The notes below the pieces were generated by a model that was not told where the DNA came from, did not search any database, and was given only the letters and a program-made list of their open reading frames with translations. The translations under genes and the position numbers were made by a program. DNA of 64,000 nucleotides from Macrostomum lignano. Its lineage: Eukaryota. The stretch covers positions 1 to 64,000 of the forward strand of contig NIVC01002882.1 in NCBI GenBank assembly GCA_002269645.1, given 5' to 3'. Shown one piece after another: positions 1-11,200 of the stretch. The stretch's first letter is position 1. Each line of letters begins with the position of its first letter.

Positions 1-1059
1 TGTTGATGCAGATGCTCTTTCCAGAGTACCAATTGCAGATGCAACTATGCAAGATCAAATTGGAAAGTGAGATGAATTTAGAATGGTGAACTTTTAATAG
101 CATAGATTCAGGAAGCTGACTTCTATCCAAGCCTGCAGAAAGTCAGCCCAACTATTTTATATACAAATAGAATATATTTTGCAGAGCAGAAAAAAGTGAA
201 GCATGGAATGGGGATACAAAGAACCTTATAATAGGCCAGCACAATATGAGTCTTTGTCCCCCTAGGCCTTAGGCCCCAGACATACAGATCTCATAGAGGT
301 TAAGCCAACCAATTGGGGCTTGGCCTATGCCATATAGAGATAGATGACGCATCCCTGCTAAGACAGTGCATCAGATGCTGGGAGACTGTCTGGGGCAAAG
401 TGCACTCTCTGCCACATATATATTATATACTATTATAGGCCCCCTATACTATGTAAAAAAACTATAACTATAAAAGGCTAAAAGGCTAAAAGGCAAACAA
501 TAGGCCTACTGCAAAAGAGAAGAGAAAAACTGAAAAACTAATAATATGAAAATATGAAGCTCGGCAAAAATAAAGAAAACATAGGGCCTAATCTATAAAA
601 ATTAGGCCTAGGCCCTATTTATAAAAAAACTTTCTGGGCAAAATTCAAAAATGATCACAGTATGGCTAATTGTATGCAAAATGTATGACAAATGGTAAAA
701 ATGAAGGATACTAAATAAAAATTATAACTTTTAAGTTATTTTGATTAAAAAATGATTATTCTTTGAAAGTAAGGTGTCTTTTTATTTTACTTAGGCCCTA
801 GCCTAGGCCCTACTTAGGCAAGTTAGATTAGGCCTATGCCACCTATCTAATAGGCCTAAAATATTAAAAATTACTAAAAACTAATTAACTTAAATATTAC
901 TGGAGGGATATCGGACATGGAATGGAATAGAGTCCCTAATTTAATTACTGAAACAGGGTCTAGACTCTAGAGGTAGAGCAAAAAATCAAGACAAAATAAA
1001 AACGTCCTTTACAGCTTTACTGCTTCATTCATTTATTTAGGAACACTAATAGGCCTAGC

Positions 1060-1209
1060 CAGGCGCGTAGCCAGGATTCACATCAGGGGGAGGGGGACAG
1101 AGACATAAATCCATCTCTGATGGAAGCGATCGAAGCAAAATACAAAGGCAGTAAACCCCGATTCAGGGCATGTCCCCCGGTGCCGTGTCCCCCCTTCGCT
1201 ACGCCCCTG
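1060..1209. mobile_element. Small GC-rich MITE-like element (hAT-like termini)
   Basis: Imperfect terminal inverted repeats CAGGCGCGTAGC ... GCTACGCCCCTG around ~150 bp in an AT-rich background; no clear TSD. Confidence 0.45.
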
Positions 1210-2489
1210 CTAATAATAGCATAGTGGTGCATTGCCTAGGCATGATTGATGAGTACGCCAGTTACTAAAAATAGGCTAGCCCTAGGCCTACGCCGCCTGC
1301 GGCCTGCTTGCTTGGGCATGACTGACTTTGTTAATGATGAGATCGATGGCTGGCGCAGGCGCAGGCATGTTGATTGACACGACACGTTCTAACTGACTCA
1401 AAAGTTCGTGACTTCTAGAAATATCATTAAATTTCACTATTTTAAATCACTAAAATACAGTAGTAAAATATTAAAATAAGGTTTAATCAATAATCTGTCT
1501 GTAAAATAGGTTCTTTTTGCTAGATTTTTTATTTTTTTGTTTGATGTAATGAGTTGCAACGAGATAATTAAATGCACAAACTTAAAAACACATTTTCTTC
1601 GAAAACCGGAAGAAAAACATAAATAAATAAACATGATCTAAAAATGTTACATTTAGTAAATTTTATTTTTAGGGAACTTTGCCCTTCTATTTGTAATGTT
1701 TATTTTAAATGGGTCATGGATTGTAAGGCAAGGCAGGCGGAAGCGTATTTAAAGTGCTCCAAGACCTGCTATTAAGACTTACGACTTAGGATTAGGAATT
1801 AGGATCTACAAGCGAATTTACTAACAAAATGACAGAAGGGTGCTACTAAGCTGTCGTAGCGTAAGTCTGATCATGCGTCGAAACTTTTGCACTGCAGAGA
1901 TAGGAGCTAAGAATAATCTTATCTTACGATGGCTTTATAGAATGGGCCCATTGAGAGTAACTGTCAACCTAAATAATTTTTGCTTGACCCCTCAGTTATT
2001 AAAATGACCTTTCCTGAGGATGTTCCATCATTGGACAAAATTAATGTTGATAGTTAATTTTATTTTTTTACCTTTATTAAGCAAGTAGCATTGCCAAACT
2101 CTTAGATAAACTATAAGTTGGCATTTTCCTAAAATTTCTTAAAATTAATTTTTTGTCATTCATAATTTTCTCTTAATTTTCTAATTTTCATAATTTTCAT
2201 ATTATATATATCTTATTCTAAATTTTAATCAGTAAAATTATTTATGTAAATTTGTTATTTAGGAATAATCACACATGTGTCAATCATTGATAAAAGAAAT
2301 AGACCTTTGGCTTTTGGTATAGAGAAATGTGCATATATGCCTAAAATATATATATATATATATTATTTATTTATATATATTTATAAGTTAATTTATATAT
2401 GATAATATTATTTTAGGATCTTGCAGGCTTACATAAATATAAATATTTTTATTTCAAGCTCCACATTGCTATTTTTAACTTATTTTTGG

Positions 2490-2681
2490 CAGTAGCGCAA
2501 CCAGAAATTTTTCAAGGGGGGGGCGGATTCTGAGGGTAAAGTCCCGGAGGGGGGGGGCGGCGGAGGGGTGGCTCTGTTTTGGCGAAAATTCGCTTGGTCC
2601 CCCCTTTGATTTTTTTTCGGTCCCCCGCCTAAGGGGGGGGGCGACCGCCCCCCCCCCCGCCCCCCCTTGGTTGCGCCACTG
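2490..2681. mobile_element. hAT-type MITE
   Basis: 13-bp TIRs CAGTAGCGCAACC / GGTTGCGCCACTG (1 mismatch); perfect 8-bp TSD ATTTTTGG at 2482-2489 and 2682-2689. Confidence 0.8.
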
Positions 2682-4289
2682 ATTTTTGGTAAAGTTCTAT
2701 AATGAAATAGATTATTTATATATTATACTTATAACTATATCTATACAAGGCCAACTCCTCTATTGGAGGAGAAAGGGGAAGAACTCCCATCACTGGAATT
2801 CCATTCCCTGAAATCCATCAGCTGAATCCTATGACCAGAATCCCATCATCCAAATCCTCTCCAAAATCCATCAAAATCCTTTTCATAAAGTAGAAATCCT
2901 TAAAAATCCCTTCTATGAAACAGATATTTATCAAAAGTCTTTCTGTGAAACAAAACTCTATCAACATCATCTCTTTCAAGTTGTAATCCATCAATTTAAT
3001 CAATAGACTATTGAATTGAAGTGTATAAAAAGGTGCTTTCTAATTGTCTAGCCTAAATGTATTTGAAAAACAGTATTCAGTGGTTTGGGTTAGGGTTAGA
3101 GCTGCACAGAGCTACCTGTTGAAAGGCACTGATAATAAAAAAACTGAACCAATTGAACCAATTGACTGTGCAATCGATTTCAGTAAGTATCAGTCCCAGT
3201 TAAAGTTACCAAAATGATTGTGAAATCTAAAGCAACCCTCCAATACACAGTGGCATTTAGAAGTTGAAGCCTCCAAATTTATCCATTGTGTCTCACAAAA
3301 ATAATTCTAATCTCTGCAGAAAGTTAAAAGTATGGAAATCGTTTTTTGGAAGCTGTGCTTTTAGTTTTCATAGGGCCTACTTAAAGCAAACAACTTATAT
3401 CCCCAAACTTAGCATTGAAAGATCTTTCCAGCAATATAAGTCTCTTCTCTCAAAGTTAAAAACTAGAAGAACAGTTTGTGTTTGAAACTGCCCAGTTTAA
3501 AACATTGAATTTTTTGTGTACATTCACTGCCTGCTACAGTGAGAGGCTTGCAAGTTTATGCATTGAATTTCACTGTCTGCCAGTTGGCAAGGGTCCAAGT
3601 GTACACACGCAGCCACTTAGAATGCTCCATCCCCCCACTAGAAAGAAAATACACTGCCGAGATAGGAAAAATTATGAAACAATCACTCAAAATTGATGCA
3701 AATTTTCAGTTCAGAGCAGAAAAAGTGGCCAAAAAAGGTTAAGAAAACAGTTTTCTGCTCTTTTAACTGACTTAATTTTTTAAATTTCAACATTAAAACA
3801 GCCTATTTGTTGCATAGGAAAATTCTGCATTGATATATATATATATATAAGTCCCGACATTTGAGTTGGCAGCCATCTAAGAGGAGATGCACATTAAACC
3901 TAGCCAGTCAATCGATCAATCCACTCAGCTTTAGATATAAGAGATAACTAAAAATCTAAAAAGTTTCTATCTATGCAATACTTTTATAGGATAATGCAAC
4001 TTTGCATAAAGCATTTTAACAATATCATAATTAGCATAACATACTTCACAAACAAAAAAATTAATGACAATATTTTTGTTTGAAAAAAATCTTTATGTAT
4101 ATTATTTTATCAAACATTCCTTTCTATGATATTTTTGTTAGTCTATATCTCATCTAAGTTAAATACAAATATTTTACAGGAACTATATTCTAATGGTGCA
4201 GTCAATATTACTGAAATTCTAAAGAAGCAATCTTTGTTAGCATGAAATAAGAGTTTTAATTGTATTGTCTTTCAATTAGAGTGCTAAGC

Positions 4290-5411
4290 ATGGCTGCTGC
4301 ATTAGAAGATTTGACACTTGGAGGATTTTTATCCAACCTCCGCCTGCGTCACTTAGAAACTGTTGTGCTCAAGCTGGACTCAGCTACAAACGGCATGATC
4401 AACAGGTCCAATTATGACTATCAGGTCTATTTTGAGCTGAACCAATCCGAGGCTACAGCAAAAGTCAAGACTGGGACTGACCGGCCAATTCTCTGGTAGG
4501 AACATTAGTTATTGAAATTCTTTAAACTTCAAGCTGCAGTTTCTGTTTCCTTGTTTTATTAATTTTCCTCCTATTTTTCTGTATTTTATTCAGCTCCGAG
4601 CTGCTCAACGTAAACTCAGACTCCAGCGATGGCACAGTTCGATGGGATCTTACTCCCTCTCTAGTCAACAACCTTTTTGGCTCCCCAATAGCAGCATCTG
4701 CTCGTCGCCTAACGCAATTTTCGATCACCTTCTATCGCGTCCCTAGTAACCAGCCTAGCAACCAGAGAATGGAAAAATGGTCCGGTGAAATTCAGAAGCG
4801 CCCCCTGCTTCACATCGGCGATCTGCAGTTCGGCCGCGACCTGCGGCGTCCTCCAACTTTGCCTTCGCTTCTTCTTGTTGGCGGCGATTCTGACAGGCAT
4901 AGCGGCTACAAAGACTTGCATCGTCGTAGTGCCAATAGTCTTTGTCGCTACGATTGCGTTGCCACGGACGACTCGCTGCCAGCTCAAATGTCCGCTGCCG
5001 GCTGTCGGCTGGCTCTCCGGCTAAAGGGCATCTACTTTCTCGTAAATGTTTCAAAATGTCCAGCTAAAGAGAGTCGTTGCTATCTGGGCGTCGAACTCGC
5101 GACCTCGCGTATTGGTCGAGTATCGTCGTATAATATGCTAACGCTGCGACACATGCTTGCTTTGGATATGAAATCTATTGATGTCGAGGTGAAGCTGGCC
5201 AGGTTGAAAGGTCGGTTGGAGTCCAGACTGGCGGCCCAGTCAGGGTCGCTGCCCGACCAGTCGACTGAGTCTTTGCTCACTCGCCGAGTCCTCGAGAACC
5301 GGCTGAAATGCCTGGCGACTGGCAGGCAGCGTCTGGCTGAACTGCGCCAAGCCAATGCTGAGCTGGTGGACTGCCTGGCTTCTGGTGGGTGTCTGTCTGT
5401 CTGTCTTAGTG

Positions 5412-5510
<99 letters not shown>

Positions 5511-5585
5511 GTATCTGTCCATCTGTCTGTCTGTCTGTGTATCTGTCTGTGTGTCTGTCTGTGTGTCTGTGTGTCTGTCTGTCTA

Positions 5586-5634
<49 letters not shown>

Positions 5635-5673
5635 GTGTCTGTCTATCTGTCTGTCTGTCTGTGTGTCTGTCTA

Positions 5674-5716
<43 letters not shown>

Positions 5717-6947
5717 GAATGTTTGACAGCACAGATGTTTTACAATATCAGCCAGCAGTTATCATTTCGTCCTCCACCCCGTCCAGTGCGCCAGGCCATG
5801 CAGGCGGTGCAGGACAGTGTACACAGGACCAGAGCCAGTCTAGTGAAGTGTCGCTCCCAGCTTCAGTCCACTCGATTGCAGCTGACAGGTCAGAGGAGCC
5901 TGTGGCTGAAGGAGCTCGCCAGTCTATTCTCTTTGGGCAGCTGGGGAGACAGCATTGCCGGGGTCAGCTTAAAACCGCCGCGCAGCGGCCACTGGAGCCG
6001 GCTGACAAAACACGAACAGAAATTCTGCGCCGCGGCGTTTGGTCTGACGGCTCAGCTGGTGGCGTTGACTGGCGCTGTGATGGACTGTCCACTGGTGAGG
6101 GGTTTTGACGTTTTTTGAGGGGAAGAGGAGGGGAAGAGGAGGAGAAGAGGAGGAAGGGAAGAGAAGGAGGGGAAGAAGAGGAAGGGAAGAGAAGGAGGGG
6201 AAGAGGAGGAGGGAAGGAAGAGGAGGAGAAGAGGAGGAGGGGAAGAGGAGGGGAAGAGGAGGGGAAGAGGAGGAGGGAACGAAGGGGAAGAGGAGGGAAG
6301 GAGGGGAAGGAGGGGGAAGAGGAGGGAAGAGGAGGGAAGAGGAGGGGAAGAGGAGGAGAAGAGGAGGAGGGAAGGAAGGGGAAGAGGAGGGAAGGAGGGG
6401 GAAAAAGGGGGAAGGAGGGGGAAGAGGAGGAGATTGATAAGAAGGCAGATTGGAGCTCGGCCAATCCATCTGTAATGTTGCCATGATTCCCCCCGATCTT
6501 GCACAGCGGTACTCCATAACCCTGCGCGGCTCAAAGTCTCGCATCCGGGACAATCTGATTTGCAAATTTCCCGACCCGCCGGAGTTCCCGCTGTACCACC
6601 GGGGGAGCCAGGACGGCGGCTACTTCAATCGCGCCGTCCTGCTGCTCAACTTCAACGTCTATGGCCTGTCTTGCAACAGCGGCGTCTCCACGCCAGTTGA
6701 TCTGCGCGCCACGGCGCTGAAAAATCTGTGCCAACTGTTCGACTTTCTGCTGGACCCGGCCCGCGCCCCGGCGCCGACTCCACCGGAACGGATCCCGAGT
6801 TCGAATCTGCTGGCGCCTCCGCCGTGGCCGGTTCCTTTTGAACCGGTGTGCCGGTCGGTTGAGGCTGACATGCTGAATGATGCTGCTGAGCGGGATGAAG
6901 ATGAGCAAATCAGTGAGCAGCCCGGTGGCCTGGCTCAGTCTGCCTGA
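4290..6947 (+). CDS. UVRAG: UV radiation resistance-associated protein (UVRAG/Vps38-like), ~600 aa; exons 4290-4495, 4594-5384, 5730-6094, 6507-6947
   Basis: N-terminal RLRHL, coiled-coil middle, and C-terminal CPL|[17 protein letters not shown]...EFPLY...[13 protein letters not shown] matching the UVRAG segment RYPIIHKGSRSTIKDNI...EFPLY...FDYGVYLLNKNI (recalled). All three introns are GT-AG with compatible phases; 1803 nt total. Confidence 0.9.
5388..5716 (+). repeat. (CTGT)n microsatellite in UVRAG intron 2
   Basis: Direct inspection; intron 5385-5729 is 345 nt and stop-free, so the ORF track reads through it. Confidence 0.95.
6117..6432 (+). repeat. GA-rich purine low-complexity tract in UVRAG intron 3
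   Basis: GAGGAGGGGAA-type degenerate repeats. Confidence 0.9.
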
Positions 6948-6959
6948 GTGAGTCGTGAC

Positions 6960-7152
6960 CCACCCCTGTCAGTACCTTATCTCTCGCCCTCCTGTCTTGT
7001 CTCACCCTTCTCTGTCTTATCTCACCCTCCTCTGTCTTATCTCACCCTCCTCTGTCTTATCTCACCCTTCTCTGTCTTATCTCACTCTCCTCTGTCTTAT
7101 CTCACCCTTCTCTGTCTTATCTCACCCTTCGGGGTCTTATCTCACCCTCCTC
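6960..7152 (+). repeat. 20-bp minisatellite (CTCACCCTCCTCTGTCTTAT)
   Basis: About 9 tandem copies just after the UVRAG stop. Confidence 0.9.
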
Positions 7153-7811
7153 AAACAGAGAATTTAGTGCCAAGCAAGAAGACGGTTGTTGTTTAAAAAT
7201 TGCCATTTTTATCTCCTAAAGATTGCATTCTGTCAAGTTCCAATTTCAAACAGTCTACATATACAAGTGTGTTTGACGATGTAAAACATGTTTTTATTGC
7301 TTCCAATGCGCAAACTAGAATACTTGTATTTTGTGTAAGTAGTATTGCAGGCTAGTTTCGTTATTTATACTCAATTTGTGCATTTCAATATTATTAAATA
7401 ATTTTTTTATTAATAGAAGTGATCATTATGAATTCTTAGTTTGTGTATCATCAATATATATATATGTATTATTGTGTGCTCGATGTACGAGCATACATTA
7501 CCTAAAAGAAGACAAAACAGTATTAATAAAATGTGCATAATTCAATACAATGATTTGTTGTATGCTATATCCGGCTTTAGTTGTTAAAGGTCTTAACTTT
7601 TCTTCGGTCATTTTATTTTAATAAAATTCCTTTTAACTGGGGGTGGATGGTTCGGGTTATCGAAAACAATGATATGAAAATGCATTTGAGCTGCATTGAT
7701 AATAGACAATAATTAATACGGAATTAGCCTTTAATTTATGAATACTGAGGCTTCAAACAAATAATGGTGGTACTTAAAAGGACGCGGTAAATATCTAAAG
7801 GCTCACAGTAT

Positions 7812-8165
7812 TTTGAATTTTGAAGGCTCATTACTCATTTTGAAGGCTCATTACTCAATTTGAAGGCTCATTACTTAATTTGAAGGGTCATTACTCATTT
7901 TGAAGGCTCATTACTCAATTTGAAGGCTCATCACTCATTTTGAAGGCTCATTACTCAATTTGAAGGGTCATTACTCATTTTGAAGGCTTATTACTCAATT
8001 TGAAGGCTCATCACTCATTTTGAAGGCTCATTACTCAATTTGAAGGGTCATTACTCAATTTGAAGGGTCATTACTCAATTTGAAGGGTCATTACTCAATT
8101 TGAAGGCTCATTACTCATTTTGAAGGGTCATCACTCATGTTGAAAGCTCATTACTCATTTCAAAG
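7812..8165 (+). repeat. 20-bp minisatellite (TGAAGGCTCATTACTCAATT)
   Basis: About 17 tandem copies. Confidence 0.92.
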
Positions 8166-8287
8166 GCTCGTTTTAGTTCTAATGAAATCAACCATACACA
8201 CAAACAACTCATTTTTAGTATATTGGATTTTTAGGAGGCGGGAGAGTAAAATTTTTATATTGTCACGTCTTGAATTAGTTGGTTTGC

Positions 8288-11200
8288 TCAGGCGAACTTC
8301 AGGTAAGCGCCAGCATCCGCGTTGGTGGCCACCAGAGCCCCAACGGCGCCCAAGTGTCCGGCGTTTCTAAGAAACCGATGCTGAAACCCGGCGCCCATCT
8401 GCATCAGCAAACATTTGGCGTTCTCGAACTCGCGACGAGCCAACGGGTTTAAAAAGAAATTGCCGCCAAAGTAGACTTTGGGCACCTTGGTCAGGGTGCT
8501 GATGGATATCAGACTGCCGAGGAGGTTCGCGCAGAACAGCGACACCAGACTGCGAGCCACATCCTCTTTTCGGGCGTCGTCCCGTGACAGGCGGTCCTCA
8601 GCCGCCTTGCCGAAGTGCATCATCGGAATGTCGCCGTTGAACTGGCCGTAGGGACTGGCCGGGTCGCTGGCGATGACCTTCAGGTGTTATTCGATTGGTT
8701 CGGGGCTGTTGTTTTGCTTGGGGATTGCTGCTTTGAGAGCCAAGGGCTTGGGACTCTGCAGTGGGATCGGGACTCTTATTGTGGGATCGGGACTCTTATT
8801 GTGGGATCAGGACTCTTATTGTGGGATTGGGACTCTTATTCTGGGATCGGGATTCCTTAATTGGGATCGGGACTCCTTTGGGATCGGGACTCTTATTGTG
8901 GGATCGGGACTCTTATTGTGGGATTGGGGCTCTTATTGTGGGATTGGGACTCTTATTGTGGGATTGGGACTCTTATTCTGGGATCGGGATTCCTTTGGGA
9001 TCGGGACTCCTTTGGGATCGGGACTCTTATTGTGGGATCGGGACTCTTATTGTGGGATCGGGGCTCTATTGTGGGATTGGGACTCTTATTCTGGGATCGG
9101 GATTCCTTTGGGATCGGGACTCCTTTGGGATCGGGACTTCTTTGGGATCGGGGCTCTTATTGTGGGATTGGGACTCTTATTCTGGGATCGGGATTCCTTT
9201 GGGATCGGGACTCTATTGTGGGATCAGGACTCTTATTGTGGGATCACGACTCTTATTCTGGGATCGGGACTCCTTTGGGATCGGGACTCCTTTGGGATCG
9301 GGACTCCTTTGGGATCAGGACTCTTATTGTGGGATTGGGGCTCTTATTGTGGGATTGGGACTCTTATTGTGGGAGTGGGGCTCTTATTGTGGGATCAGGA
9401 CTCTTATTGTGGGATTGGGACTCTTATTCTGGGATCGGGATTCCTTTGGGATCGGGACTCCTTTGGGATCGGGACTCCTTTGGGATCGGGACTCCTTTGG
9501 GATCGGGACTCCTTTGGGATCGGGACTCTTATTGTGGGATCAGGACTCTTATTGTGGGATCACGACTCTTATTCTGGGATCGGGACTCCTTTGGGATCGG
9601 GACTCCTTTGGGATCGGGACTCCTTTGGGATCGGGACTCCTTTGGGATCGGGACTCCTTTGGGATCGGGACTCCTTTGGGATCGGGACTCCTTTGGGATC
9701 GGGACTCCTTTGGGATCGGGACTCCTTTGGGATCGGGACTCCTTTGGGATCGGGACTCCTTTGGGATCGGGACTCCTTTGGGATCGGGACTCCTTTGGGA
9801 TCGGGACTCCTTTGGGATCGGGACTCCTTTGGGATCGGGACTCCTTTGGGATCGGGACTCCTTTGGGATCGGGACTCCTTTGGGATCGGGACTCCTTTGG
9901 GATCGGGACTCCTTTGGGATCGGGACTCCTTTGGGATCGGGACTCCTTTGGGATCGGGACTCCTTTGGGATCGGGACTCCTTTGGGATCGGGACTCCTTT
10001 GGGATCGGGACTCCTTTGGGATCGGGACTCCTTTGGGATCGGGACTCCTTTGGGATCGGGACTCTATTGTGGGATTGGGGCTCTTATTGTGGGATTGGGA
10101 CTCTTATTGTGTGATTGGGGCTCTTATTGTGGGATCAGGACTCTTATTGTGGGATTGGGACTCTTATTGTGGGATTGGGACTCTTATTGTGGGATTGGGA
10201 CTCTTATTGTGGGATTGGGACTCTTACTGTGGGATCAGGACTCTTATTGTGGGATCGGGGCTCTTATTGTGGGATCGGGGCTCTTATTGTGGGATTGGGA
10301 CTCTTATTCTGGGATCGGGACTCTTATTGTGGGATTGGGACTCTTATTGTGGGATTGGGACTCTTACTGTGGGATCAGGACTCTTATTGTGGGATCGGGG
10401 CTCTTATTCTGGGATCGGGGCTCTTATTGTGGGATTGGGACTCTTATTCTGGGATCGGGATTCCTTTGGGATCGGGACTCCTTTGGGATCGGGACTCCTT
10501 TGGGATCGGGACTCCTTTGGGATCGGGACTCTTATTGTGGGATCGGGGCTCTTATTGTGGGATTGGGACTCTTATTCTGGGATCGGGATTCCTTTGGGAG
10601 CGGGACTCTATTGTGGGATCAGGACTCTTATTGTGGGATTACGACTCTTATTGTGGGATTGGGACTCTTATTGTGGGATCAGGACTCTTATTGTGGGATC
10701 AGGACTCTTATTGTGGGATCAGGACTCTTATTGTGGGATCAGGACTCTTATTGTGGGATCAGGACTCTTATTGTGGGATCAGGACTCTTTTGCGGGATCA
10801 GGACTCTTATTGTGGGATCAGGACGATCATATTGTGGGATCAGGACTCTTATTTTGGGATCGGGACTCTTATTGTGGCATCAGAACTCTTATTGTGGGAT
10901 CAGGACTCTAATTGTGCGATCAGGACTCTTATTGTGGGATCAGGACGATCATATTGTGGGATCAGAAAGTCTTAAAACCCGGCAACAACCTCGCGAACAA
11001 GCAGGTCCACATTGGCCCTGTCTCCCTTCTCAGCCAGCGCCATCAGCTCATCATAGCTGGAGGTGCCAATCATCAGGCGGGCCATGCCTTGCAGACTTTT
11101 GCCGCCGAATAAGCAGAAATGAAAGCTGGACATTTTGCCCTCGGCGTCCAGGACGCTGATCATGCTGCCGGAGCCCAGGCAGACCAGAATCGCTGGGAAC

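Noticed and set aside
8673-11159. 828-aa, 716-aa and similar long ORFs; also those at 13020-13890, 17229-18630, 25152-27784, 31005-32882 and 44290-45955
   Set aside because: They are stop-free readings of micro/minisatellites in several frames or on both strands; most lie in introns of the real genes
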